Both the position numbers and the translations under genes were made by a program. Below the pieces are notes generated by a model that did not search any database, had not been told where the DNA came from, and was given only the letters and a program-made list of their open reading frames with translations. Shown one piece after another: positions 53,946 through 63,353 of a stretch of DNA of 64,000 nt; within the stretch, counting starts at the first letter, position 1; each line of letters starts with the position of its first letter. Source of the stretch: a virus (lineage: Duplodnaviria; Caudoviricetes); IMG/VR virus record IMGVR_UViG_3300032307_000764, positions 184,192-248,191 of that record; one strand, 5' to 3'.

Positions 53946-55645
53946 GTTATAGTATAATTTAAAGCACTTGTTTTTAAATCCCAAGCACCTCCACCATTTA
54001 TGTTAAATTTAAACTTCTTAGTTATCTTAATATTTGTTCCTATGCTAGGAAGCATTACATATGGAGATTTTAAAACCACGTCATTGTAATAACTTACATA
54101 AGGAGCGTAAACGAACAAGTTCATTAGTTTTATATCAAATCTTTTACCTAATTTAAAATCGTACATAGCCCCTGCTATTAATGCAGTACCTAAAAATGAT
54201 TCTCTATATACATTTCCGTAGGAAACCGTCCCCATATATAACAGTTTAAGATTTTTAGGCTTCTTCATATTAAACATTTGTCCTGCTGCAAATGTTCCAT
54301 ATAATGATCTATTACCTTCAAAACCTATCGTTAAAGTTCCTGAAGTTAGAATTATAGACTTAGGTTTAACCCAAGCATAAAAAGCTGTTATATTCGGTCC
54401 TTTTAGTGCTGAAGTGTAATCAGCCATAGCACCGTAACTTCTTTTTCCGTCCCACCTCATCGCAGTGTATCCTCCAGTTGCTTTAGCACCTGTTTTAACT
54501 TCTGAGTTTTTAAAATTGAATCCGATGAAATCTGCGCTACCGACAACAGTTGGCTTACCCCCTTCTTTGCTAGTTGGAGTAGATTTAACTGTTGTAGAAG
54601 CACCCGCAGTTATATTTGTTTTACCTTGTCCCTGCTCTGATTGTCCTTCTTCCTGTCCATTAGAATTATTATTCCCTGAACCATTCCCACCATTCCCAGT
54701 GTTACCAGTATTCCCATTGGAATTATTATTACCAGATTCTCCATTTCCTGCTGATTGATTATTTGTTTGTTCACCTCCGGTTCCTTGATTTCCTTCAGTA
54801 GTACCAGATTGTGTATTTGTTTGTTCTCCTTGTTGTGTTGTGGTACCGTTTTCTGTAGTTTGACCAGTTTCGGAGGTACCCCCACCATTTGGATTTGCCG
54901 TACCGCTTTGAGTATTACCTGATGTATTATTACCCGTTGTTGATCCAGGATTTCCCTTAGGCTCTGTTGTGCTAGTGTTATTGTTTACAGGCGTGACAGT
55001 CTGTTGATTTCCATTTTCATTTGATCCAGTCTGAGCTGAATTTTCTCCTCCTCCTTGTTGAGTCTCTCCTCCAGTTCCTTGATTAGCTGTTCCCGTTCCT
55101 TGAGCTTGCGAGTTGCCAGTATTTTCTCCAGTATTGGTTGTACCTCCCTGGTTATTATTATTTTCTCCAGATCCATTATTTTGATTGTTTTTTTTGTTTC
55201 CTTTTCCTCCGCCAGATTCGTTACTGTTACCTGAATTAGAAACTGAGCCTATTGAACCTCCTAGTATATTTGTTGACCCTGATCCTGCTATTTCTGCTAT
55301 TGTTGATAGCGAATTTAAAATACCTATTACATTTAATGCAGTGCTTTGTGTTACATTTACTGCTGTTCCTAATCCTACAATCTCAGAACATGGACTATTT
55401 GTACCATATTGAGAAAATATGTTACTTGCCCATGATTCAAATGTACCGTTAGTAAAATCGTTGTAGCTGAATGATCCGACTTCTCCATAATATCCCACAG
55501 TGACGTTACCGTTTATAGGAACTATTATTGTTTTGTCATTACCTGTACAGGGATCTGTATAGGTGTAGTTGTAAGTCTGGGCACTTAATTTATAAGAACC
55601 GAACAGACAAACAAATAAAAGTAATATAACTGCATCTAGTCTCAA
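53915..55645 (-). CDS. Secreted protein with N/G/Q/T-rich linker and C-terminal outer-membrane beta-barrel
   Basis: Signal peptide; ~170-aa low-complexity tract; amphipathic beta-strands. Confidence 0.7.
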   Translation of the reverse strand: MRLDAVILLLFVCLFGSYKLSAQTYNYTYTDPCTGNDKTIIVPINGNVTVGYYGEVGSFSYNDFTNGTFESWASNIFSQYGTNSPCSEIVGLGTAVNVTQSTALNVIGILNSLSTIAEIAGSGSTNILGGSIGSVSNSGNSNESGGGKGNKKNNQNNGSGENNNNQGGTTNTGENTGNSQAQGTGTANQGTGGETQQGGGENSAQTGSNENGNQQTVTPVNNNTSTTEPKGNPGSTTGNNTSGNTQSGTANPNGGGTSETGQTTENGTTTQQGEQTNTQSGTTEGNQGTGGEQTNNQSAGNGESGNNNSNGNTGNTGNGGNGSGNNNSNGQEEGQSEQGQGKTNITAGASTTVKSTPTSKEGGKPTVVGSADFIGFNFKNSEVKTGAKATGGYTAMRWDGKRSYGAMADYTSALKGPNITAFYAWVKPKSIILTSGTLTIGFEGNRSLYGTFAAGQMFNMKKPKNLKLLYMGTVSYGNVYRESFLGTALIAGAMYDFKLGKRFDIKLMNLFVYAPYVSYYNDVVLKSPYVMLPSIGTNIKITKKFKFNINGGGAWDLKTSALNYTITCGTRLVIGQ

Positions 55646-56388
55646 TTCTTAAATACTCCTTTCGTGATTAGCCTGCTCACGACTCTGGATGATGCGGTTT
55701 CTAAAGCTTTCTTTGTAGATATACCTATCGTCGATTGATTAAATTTAACATCATCAGAAATATCACCTAAAATATTAGATGTTTTTACCGTGCTTGCTTC
55801 TCCCAGACCTGATCCTACAATAACTTGACTTGTCTCAGCATCTACGAATTTTATTTGTAACCCTAATCTGGTTGTTTGTGTGGTTGTTTGTTGTCCGTTG
55901 ATCTTAACAACTTCATCTTCAGAAACGCTAAAGTCATATACTTCGATGTATACGAAATATTTGGCTAGTATTACATTTCCTTTAACATCTATTTTATTAA
56001 CTGATATACCTTTATCCGAAGCTTTATCCTGAGCTATCATTCTTTGTTTGATATCTTCCTTCTCTTCAGTAAATACGAATCTACCAGTATATTCTAGATA
56101 TTCTATAACTATATTAGTTACACCTAAACCTACTCTTTTGTCTTTAAGCTCTGGATATAATTCATATAATTCTTCATTTATACCAATTTTTAAAAGTTGT
56201 ATGGGAACTTGTATTGTATCTGTATAATCAGAGACATCGTTTATGGATTGCTTTTTCTCAAACTCCGCTTGATATTGTTCAGTTTTTACAGAGCCAATGC
56301 CCCCACCATTATTTTGAGGGGGCTGGGCCTGTAAAGTTTTACAACTGAATAAGCTTAATATAGATATTATGATTATTAGATTTTTCAT
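55642..56388 (-). CDS. CsgG/HfaB family lipoprotein (start revised from 56466)
   Basis: LSLFSC lipobox; GLGVTNIVIEYL..TGRF...LQIKFVDAETSQVI. Confidence 0.75.
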   Translation of the reverse strand: MKNLIIIISILSLFSCKTLQAQPPQNNGGGIGSVKTEQYQAEFEKKQSINDVSDYTDTIQVPIQLLKIGINEELYELYPELKDKRVGLGVTNIVIEYLEYTGRFVFTEEKEDIKQRMIAQDKASDKGISVNKIDVKGNVILAKYFVYIEVYDFSVSEDEVVKINGQQTTTQTTRLGLQIKFVDAETSQVIVGSGLGEASTVKTSNILGDISDDVKFNQSTIGISTKKALETASSRVVSRLITKGVFKN

Positions 56389-56390
56389 TT

Positions 56391-57020
56391 TTATTCTTCT
56401 ATTTGGCTTCTTAGTAATCCGCAAGTTTGACATTCTTCGAAACCGTCTCCATCTGCGTCTCCCCAAATGTGCTCACAATTTCTATGCTCGAAATATTCAT
56501 CGATGTTTCCGTCACCGTCAGTATCGTATCCATCATTAATCCCGTCACCGTCCTCATCAACTTCGACTTTTTGAAGTTCCTCGATTTCAGCTTCTTCTAC
56601 AGGAGCAGAATATTCTACTACAGGTTCTTCGTAAACTTCCTCTACTACTTTAGTTTTTTTTTCAGCAGTATAAGAATCATCAGCTACGTTGGAAAGTGTT
56701 ACACCATCTTCCTCGTCAACTTTTTGAATTAACATCTTATCTCTGTCCTCAGAGTTGAACCAGTAATCTACAACTTTGTTTAAGTTACCTACAAAGGCTC
56801 CTAATAGGATTAATAACATTTCTTTCCAATCCTCCCCGATTGATTTACCTAAGAATACACCTGCATTAATACCTAGGATGATAAGGGTAAATAATCCTAG
56901 TACTATCGCTGTAATTCTCCATCTATTTGCTTGCATCTGCTGAAGCATGTAGTAGAATCTATTTTTATCCTCTACTTTCACATAATCTGTTTTACTGCTA
57001 AAGAATTTTTTCATTGACAT
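56391..57020 (-). CDS. Two-TM protein with acidic DxDGDG Ca-binding-like repeats
   Basis: LLGAFVGNLNKVVDYWF; DEDGDGINDGYDTDGDGNID; C-terminal CxxC. Confidence 0.7.
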   Translation of the reverse strand: MSMKKFFSSKTDYVKVEDKNRFYYMLQQMQANRWRITAIVLGLFTLIILGINAGVFLGKSIGEDWKEMLLILLGAFVGNLNKVVDYWFNSEDRDKMLIQKVDEEDGVTLSNVADDSYTAEKKTKVVEEVYEEPVVEYSAPVEEAEIEELQKVEVDEDGDGINDGYDTDGDGNIDEYFEHRNCEHIWGDADGDGFEECQTCGLLRSQIEE

Positions 57021-57042
57021 TTTTATATATTATTTTATTTGG

Positions 57043-57384
57043 TTACCAAGATTCCTCTTCCTCTTTTTTAGGTTTAACGGGTTCTTGTGTTGCTGCAGGT
57101 TTTTCAATAACTCTTTCACGAATTACTGTACCACCTCCGTTATTCTCAGTCTTTTGTTTGTTCTCTTGGTTTTGTTGTACGTTTAAATTAATAACCGGTT
57201 GTTGCGCAGGAGCAGCTTGTTCAGTTTTAGTTTCTTCACTGTCCTCACTACCACCACCGAACATAATAGTACTTAACCATACTCCACCACCTGCAATTAC
57301 TGTAGTTAGTGTTCCGTAAATTGTTTTTTTCAGACCAGACCAAGTTCCGTCATTGGTCTCTGGTGCATTTGTTTCTTCGCTCAT
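57043..57384 (-). CDS. Single-TM protein with low-complexity tail
   Basis: One hydrophobic segment. Confidence 0.75.
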   Translation of the reverse strand: MSEETNAPETNDGTWSGLKKTIYGTLTTVIAGGGVWLSTIMFGGGSEDSEETKTEQAAPAQQPVINLNVQQNQENKQKTENNGGGTVIRERVIEKPAATQEPVKPKKEEEESW

Positions 57385-57388
57385 TTTT

Positions 57389-59320
57389 TTATTTTATTTT
57401 AGCTATCTTCTCCACTATAGTGTTTCCGTTCTCAGTAGTTAGAGTTACGAAATATAATCCCGATTGTAATTTACCAAGATCAGTATAGTATGAGAATTGT
57501 CCTTCTGGTACTTGACCAGTTAATATTGTAGCTAGCTTTCTTCCTTGTAAATCTGATACGTATAAAGTAGCATCAGCAGTTTCTGCTAGACTAAATGTTA
57601 TTGTTACGTCCTCTTCGAATGGATTAGGATATACGAGCATAGAGTTTGCATCTATTATTTGTCCGTTAGATATCTTTAATACTTGTAGTATTCCATTTGT
57701 TGGAGTTAATGTTAAGTCTTTGGAATTAGATGCACTACCAGCAAATTTTCTAGTAGTATATAAAGGACTCTCGTCCCATTCATTTTGTGGCTGTAGTGCT
57801 ACGAATTGTAGAGTTACCACATCATCACCATCTTTAATAGAATTTGTGTTATTGGTTACATCGTAACCACCCCAATCTATTTCGCCTCCATTTGCATTAA
57901 TATAAGTTAACCATTTCATTGCAGAAGATGAAGAATAAACTCCTTTGAATGAAAGTATAGTATCGTTATATTTTAATCCAAATTGTAGAGAGCTAAGATC
58001 AATACCATTGGTTAATACTTTAACCGGTATGTTTACTAAATTGCCCTCCTGTACTGAGATGTGAGGAACGTTAACTTCTATCGAAGATGTAGGGAAATCA
58101 TATTCTACTTTAGTATCAATTACGTTGTAGATCTGACTTTCTAATCCTGGTGCAGGGCCAACTAATACCTCGATTGGAGTTACACGAGCCATATTGTAAC
58201 CTGTACCATTAGCATCCCCTGGTACAACTACGTAGTAAACTACAGAATCAGGTTGTCCTGGTAATATATCAAATGTAAAGTTAGTTGCTCCTGATATTGA
58301 TGATGTATAGTTAGTTGCAGATCCGTTGATTGTGTTATATTCGGATTCCGTGAAGAATTTAACATCTTTAGTATTGTTAGGCCATACTGAGAATCTTCCA
58401 GATATTCTACCAAATACCCCATATGCGTCAGTAATAGTTACATTATCAGATTCATTGACATCTGCTGCATAATAATCAAATCCTGACATTGTACCGTTAC
58501 CTAATACCCATTGATTAATTAATTGAGCATCAGCAGTTGAAATAACGTTACCTACTGTCATTGAATCTCCTTGTACTGCTAATCTCACGTCCCAATAAGT
58601 TGTATCTAAGGGTACAGATATAGCAAAGTCACCGTTTATATCGGTAATATAAGTTGAATGTTGTGACCAGGTGCTACCTCCCAAAGGTCTTGTTTCTAAA
58701 GCTAATGTTAAGTTTTTAGCTGGCGTACCAGTTACATTTGTAAATGTTCCATGATAGTCAAAGTTCTGGAATATGAAGTTACCACCATAACTATGTAAGT
58801 TTAAAGTTGTATCTGCGCCTTCCTGTGTAGCTGCGTATTGTTGGAATGTATTAGCTGCTGGAACAACTGACCAAGCTAAAGGCGTGATTGTTACTAAGTT
58901 GTTAAATACAGATGAAGCAGCGTGAGTAAAAGTAATCTCAAATCTTTCACCATCTGGTAACGTATAAGTTGCACTAGATCCAGTGTAAACTAGTGTCATG
59001 GTGATATAACCATTAGCAGCATTAGTTATGTACTGGAAATCTAAGTTTGTTGGAGATCCTAGAAGAGATACAGTAGCATTGGTGAATGCTATTTTATCAT
59101 AGAATACTCTGAATTGAATACCTGTATATTTTGTAAGCGTAGTATTTTTAGAAGTAATTTTTGCAGTAGTAATTCCCTGTGCAGTTGTACCTACTGTGTA
59201 ATTTGTGTCAATAATTGCCCAGATTCCTGTTGAAGGAGCGGGTGGCCCGCTTTGTGAAAATAAGTCGAGAGTTAGCGTCATAAAAAACGTTAGAACGCTC
59301 AACATTCTTAATGTCCTCAT
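57389..59320 (-). CDS. T9SS cargo with cohesin-like and dockerin-like domains
   Basis: Signal peptide; AADVNESDNVTITD; cohesin VNIPV..SLQFGLKYN; CTD VYPNPF...DLQGR...SGLYFV. Confidence 0.85.
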   Translation of the reverse strand: MRTLRMLSVLTFFMTLTLDLFSQSGPPAPSTGIWAIIDTNYTVGTTAQGITTAKITSKNTTLTKYTGIQFRVFYDKIAFTNATVSLLGSPTNLDFQYITNAANGYITMTLVYTGSSATYTLPDGERFEITFTHAASSVFNNLVTITPLAWSVVPAANTFQQYAATQEGADTTLNLHSYGGNFIFQNFDYHGTFTNVTGTPAKNLTLALETRPLGGSTWSQHSTYITDINGDFAISVPLDTTYWDVRLAVQGDSMTVGNVISTADAQLINQWVLGNGTMSGFDYYAADVNESDNVTITDAYGVFGRISGRFSVWPNNTKDVKFFTESEYNTINGSATNYTSSISGATNFTFDILPGQPDSVVYYVVVPGDANGTGYNMARVTPIEVLVGPAPGLESQIYNVIDTKVEYDFPTSSIEVNVPHISVQEGNLVNIPVKVLTNGIDLSSLQFGLKYNDTILSFKGVYSSSSAMKWLTYINANGGEIDWGGYDVTNNTNSIKDGDDVVTLQFVALQPQNEWDESPLYTTRKFAGSASNSKDLTLTPTNGILQVLKISNGQIIDANSMLVYPNPFEEDVTITFSLAETADATLYVSDLQGRKLATILTGQVPEGQFSYYTDLGKLQSGLYFVTLTTENGNTIVEKIAKIK

Positions 59321-59425
59321 TTTTTTTAGTTATTTAATTGGTTGTCTATCTATATATTTTTAGATGAGAAAAAAATGGGAACTTCCTGATAAAAAATTAA
59401 AAAATAGTTTAATCTATTTAAAATT

Positions 59426-59508
59426 AAAAAAGGGCCAAGGTGGTTGCGAATTCCTTGACCCTTAGATGATACTTTCGTAACATCACGGTCCTAAGCCGTG
59501 TAAAGTGG
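59426..59508. ncRNA. Candidate structured RNA or attenuator upstream of the T9SS operon
   Basis: Three hairpins; CTTAG/CTAAG pseudoknot potential; on the minus strand a GAAA tetraloop and a final hairpin plus U-tract. Confidence 0.5.
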
Positions 59509-59557
59509 AAATTTTTAGATCTTTTTATCTATAATAATAATACTATTTATCTAAATC

Positions 59558-59734
59558 ATGGAAGAAAATGTAAGAATTCAGCACGACAGAAAGCTAGAAG
59601 GGGAAAGACTTGAATTATTTGAGCTTTTTAGAAAAAAATATCCGAAAGGTAAAGAGGAGAGCCAGATGAATATGTGTTTACAAGTATCGGATGAAAGGAT
59701 AGCGGTATATAAAGAAATATTTACAGCTAAATAA
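59558..59734 (+). CDS. 58-aa hypothetical protein (not in ORF track)
   Basis: MEENVRIQHDRKLEG...IFTAK*. Confidence 0.6.
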   Translation: MEENVRIQHDRKLEGERLELFELFRKKYPKGKEESQMNMCLQVSDERIAVYKEIFTAK

Positions 59735-59786
59735 TGCTGTAGAAATTTCTTTTTTTTTATTAAATATAAATTTCTACATTTGCCAT

Positions 59787-60038
59787 ATGAAAAAATCTTT
59801 GTTAATATTATCTTTGATTTCTCTATTCTTTACATCTTGTTTAGAAATAAAAAAGAAAGAAGAAATTATAAAATGCGTAGTTACATCTTGTGAAGAAATA
59901 GAGGCTAGTTCTGTACACGAGGAAATGAATAGACCTCTTGGGTATAGATTAGAAACATCTTGTGGAAGATCTTTTAGAACTAAGATTAAGTACCAATCCG
60001 GAGATACTATAGAAGTTACCAAAGTTAGCTATCAATAG
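59787..60038 (+). CDS. Putative lipoprotein
   Basis: LFFTSC lipobox; TACATTTG upstream. Confidence 0.75.
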   Translation: MKKSLLILSLISLFFTSCLEIKKKEEIIKCVVTSCEEIEASSVHEEMNRPLGYRLETSCGRSFRTKIKYQSGDTIEVTKVSYQ

Positions 60039-60080
60039 TTTTATCCTAAAAAGGGAATATATAATGAAAAATATATTCCT

Positions 60081-60914
60081 ATGTTACTTAAAAATGGATC
60101 TAAGGGAGAAGATGTAAAAAAACTCCAAGAAAAATTGGGCCTTACCGCAGATGGTTCTTTCGGTCCTGGCACAGAAACAAAAGTTAAAGAATGGCAAGCA
60201 GCTAATGGACTAAAAGCCGACGGTATTGTTGGAGCCGGTACTTGGGCTAAGATGTTTGGTTCAGCACCAGTAGCAGCAGCTCCTGCATCAGCACCAGTTT
60301 CTATACCACCTTCAGCTTTCAAGCTAGAAAATTTAAAGGGACATATTCCTGATGCAGTTCTTGCACAGATCCCAGATACAGCAGCTAAATTTAATATCAC
60401 TAACACATTAAGACTTGCACACTTCTTAGCACAGTGTGGCCACGAATCTGGTGGTTTTAAAGCTGTTTCAGAAAATCTTAACTACTCTGCTGATGGCCTT
60501 AAAAAGATCTTCCCTAAATATTTCCCAGGAAATCTTAATGAGTCTTATGCAAGACAACCAGAGAAAATTGCTTCTAGAGTTTATGGAAGTAGAATGGGTA
60601 ACGGCGACGAAGCTTCTAAAGAAGGATTCAAATTTAGAGGTAGAGGTTATATCCAATTAACTGGTAAATCTAACTATGCTTCTTTCGATAAATTCGTAGA
60701 CGATGATATACTAGGAAATCCTGATCTAGTTGCTACTAAATACCCTTTAATGTCTGCAGCATTCTTCTTCAATAACAATAGCTTATGGTCAATTTGTGAC
60801 AGAGGAGCGGACGATGCTACAGTTACAGCAGTAACGAAAAGAGTAAACGGGGGAACTATTGGATTACCTGATAGAATCAAGCACTTTAAGGAGTATTATT
60901 CTTTATTAAAATAA
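60081..60914 (+). CDS. Endolysin: PG-binding domain plus GH19 chitinase/lysozyme-like domain
   Basis: GSKGEDVKKLQ..LG..ADG.FG..T; RLAHFLAQCGHESGG; FRGRGYIQLTGKSNY; TKRVNGG. Confidence 0.92.
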   Translation: MLLKNGSKGEDVKKLQEKLGLTADGSFGPGTETKVKEWQAANGLKADGIVGAGTWAKMFGSAPVAAAPASAPVSIPPSAFKLENLKGHIPDAVLAQIPDTAAKFNITNTLRLAHFLAQCGHESGGFKAVSENLNYSADGLKKIFPKYFPGNLNESYARQPEKIASRVYGSRMGNGDEASKEGFKFRGRGYIQLTGKSNYASFDKFVDDDILGNPDLVATKYPLMSAAFFFNNNSLWSICDRGADDATVTAVTKRVNGGTIGLPDRIKHFKEYYSLLK

Positions 60915-60922
60915 AAAAAGAT

Positions 60923-61444
60923 ATGAAAAAATATAATCTAGACCCGCTACATTCTGATGTAGCATTCAGAATAAAGCATTTGATGATATCGAATGTTAAT
61001 GGATTCTTCGGAAAATTTGACGCAACTATGGAATCTAGTAGTGAAGATTTCTCTGATGCTAAAATCTGGTTTCAGACTGAAGTTAATTCAATTTCAACAA
61101 ATATTACTGACAGAGATAACCATTTAAAGTCCCCAGATTTCTTTGACGTTGAAAACTTCCCACACTTAACTTTTGAATCTTCTAGTATAGAAAAAGAAGA
61201 TAATGGTTATTTAATCAAAGGTAATCTAACAATCAAGGGAGTATCCAGAGAAGTAACTATAAAAGGTAACTATAATGGTAACGACGTTGACGCATACGGG
61301 CAAACTAAATACGGGTTTGAACTAGAGGGTGTTATCAGTAGAAAAGACTGGGGTTTAACATTTAACTTAGAGGGTGGTAAAGGATCGCTTTTAATAGGAG
61401 ATGAGGTTAAACTTATGGCTAATATACAAATGTTAGAGGCGTGA
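60923..61444 (+). CDS. yceI: YceI family protein
   Basis: DPLHSDVAFRIKHLMIS.V.G.F...RDNHLKSPDFFDVENFP...GNLTIKGVS. Confidence 0.92.
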   Translation: MKKYNLDPLHSDVAFRIKHLMISNVNGFFGKFDATMESSSEDFSDAKIWFQTEVNSISTNITDRDNHLKSPDFFDVENFPHLTFESSSIEKEDNGYLIKGNLTIKGVSREVTIKGNYNGNDVDAYGQTKYGFELEGVISRKDWGLTFNLEGGKGSLLIGDEVKLMANIQMLEA

Positions 61445-62325
61445 TAATATCAACAAAAAGCAAAATAGCATTAGGGTTTGCTGGATTTTATATGCTGGTA
61501 TTCTTTATCGTTAAGACTTTTACCCTATTTGGCATATTTGAGCAGTGCTGGGCAACTAACTGGATTGAGTACGGATGTTTTATCCTATTCTGTCCTCCTG
61601 CATTTTGGTTTGTTAGAGACTTCTTAAGAGAGAAAGAGAAAATTCACCAATCAACCGTTGATCAGCTTCAATATAAAAATACCTATTTAGAGCATGCAGC
61701 TAAGATACTTAGACATGATATGCACTCAGGTATTAATGTTTACATACCTAGAGGGATTAGTTCATTAGAAAGAAGGATACCACCTGATGCTATAGAAAAG
61801 TATAATTTAGCATCTCCACTAAAACTACTTAAAGAGGGACTAACTCATACACAGAAAGTCTATAAAGGTGTATATGAATTTACAAACCTGGTAAAGCAGG
61901 GTAGTTCTTTAGAATTCAAAGATATTAAACTCGATGAATGCTTAAGGAATTATCTAGAAACTACATCATATAAGGATCAGGTTATTATTGACGTTCTTCC
62001 GACTGTAAAAATAAACGAATCCTTATTTTGTACTGCCATAGATAATTTAATAAGAAATGGTCTTAAATATAATGATTCAGAAAATAAGCTGGTAATTATC
62101 TATATGCTAGATAACGAAACTCTTGTTGTACAGGATAACGGTAGAGGCTTAACTAACGATGAATTAATAGAATACTCTAAAAAAAATAAAAGGAGAGAAA
62201 ACCAAAAGGAAGAGGGAAGTGGCCTTGGACTTGGAATTTGTATAGCAATAATAAAAGAACATCATTTCGACGTCTATGCTGAAAAAATACCACAAGGAAC
62301 ACAAATAAAAATTAAATTAAAATGA
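61441..62325 (+). CDS. Membrane sensor histidine kinase
   Basis: Two TM; H-box ILRHDMHSG; N-box DNLIRNGLKY; G1 QDNGRG; G2 GSGLGL. Confidence 0.88.
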   Translation: MIISTKSKIALGFAGFYMLVFFIVKTFTLFGIFEQCWATNWIEYGCFILFCPPAFWFVRDFLREKEKIHQSTVDQLQYKNTYLEHAAKILRHDMHSGINVYIPRGISSLERRIPPDAIEKYNLASPLKLLKEGLTHTQKVYKGVYEFTNLVKQGSSLEFKDIKLDECLRNYLETTSYKDQVIIDVLPTVKINESLFCTAIDNLIRNGLKYNDSENKLVIIYMLDNETLVVQDNGRGLTNDELIEYSKKNKRRENQKEEGSGLGLGICIAIIKEHHFDVYAEKIPQGTQIKIKLK

Positions 62326-62759
62326 TTAATTCAATAATGTTAATAGATGATGAAAATCTTTTTCATCTTGTTTTTGAAGACGCTTGTAGTCTTCTCGATA
62401 TAGCTCTTTCGTTCGAAGCTCTTTCTTCATCGGATGAAGCAGATAAACTTTTCAAAAAATGGTTTCCAGACGATCCGCATAACGAAAAACCTGATTGTGT
62501 TTTTGTAGATCTTAATATAGTAGGATCCTCTTTCGATGGTATCGAAATGATACGTAAAATTAATTTCGATTACGGCGATGGAGTTGTAGTAGGTATTATA
62601 TCATCTTCATCAGATGTTCAAGAGATAGACAAAGCAAAATCCGTAGGAGCTCAATTCTGGATTATTAAATCTGATGAAATTGAGCCTAGATTAGAGGAAT
62701 TTAAAAAAGACTACGAAGGATATCGAACTAAAAATGCTCCTTTTAAAATTTATAAGTAA
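62322..62759 (+). CDS. Single-domain response regulator (receiver)
   Basis: MLIDDE...VFVDLN...DGIE...ISSS...WIIKS. Confidence 0.88.
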   Translation: MINSIMLIDDENLFHLVFEDACSLLDIALSFEALSSSDEADKLFKKWFPDDPHNEKPDCVFVDLNIVGSSFDGIEMIRKINFDYGDGVVVGIISSSSDVQEIDKAKSVGAQFWIIKSDEIEPRLEEFKKDYEGYRTKNAPFKIYK

Positions 62760-63349
62760 TGATAGTAGACAAATCCACCAGAGATTTTTTAATTAAAGCT
62801 TTTAAGGATAATAAAATATCTCTGGAGGGAAATATATTAAAAATTATCGAGGCAGATCCAAATGATCTAGAATTTAACGAGTATATAAAAAGCTCAATAG
62901 AGAAGGATAAATCATCTAGGAGAAGGAGACTTGAAATCACGAAACAGGTCCAGAATCAGAATAAAGAACTTCTTGTATCACAGGAAGAAAATCAGAAGTT
63001 AATGAATGATTTAAAGAACGCTTTATTTCTGGCAGAAAACTCAAAAAATGAGGCTATGGAAGCTATGAAAAAAGCTGAAACAGCTAAAGAAATCGCATTA
63101 GGAGATCTTGATGTATTACAAAAAAAATCTCAAACAGAGTTAATCGGTACTATAGTCAAAGTTGCACTGTATGTAATTATTGGGGTGGGTGTTACCACTA
63201 CTGTTATGTATGGTATAGCTATAGCTTCAAATAAAGATACCCAAATTATAGGATCTACCTGGGCAAATATGTTTGGTATATTACTAACAAATGCTTTCTC
63301 CATAGTTGGTACTATAATGGGTGTAAAATACGCATCAGAAAATAAATAG
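62759..63349 (+). CDS. Coiled-coil protein with C-terminal two-TM holin-like segment
   Basis: RRRRLEITKQVQNQNKEL coiled coil; two TM helices at the C-terminus. Confidence 0.7.
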   Translation: MIVDKSTRDFLIKAFKDNKISLEGNILKIIEADPNDLEFNEYIKSSIEKDKSSRRRRLEITKQVQNQNKELLVSQEENQKLMNDLKNALFLAENSKNEAMEAMKKAETAKEIALGDLDVLQKKSQTELIGTIVKVALYVIIGVGVTTTVMYGIAIASNKDTQIIGSTWANMFGILLTNAFSIVGTIMGVKYASENK

Positions 63350-63353
63350 AATT

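Noticed and set aside
59484-59545. Twister ribozyme
   Set aside because: The GGTCCTAAGCC loop and AGTG are present, but the AGG and GC pseudoknot partners are not found in either permutation.
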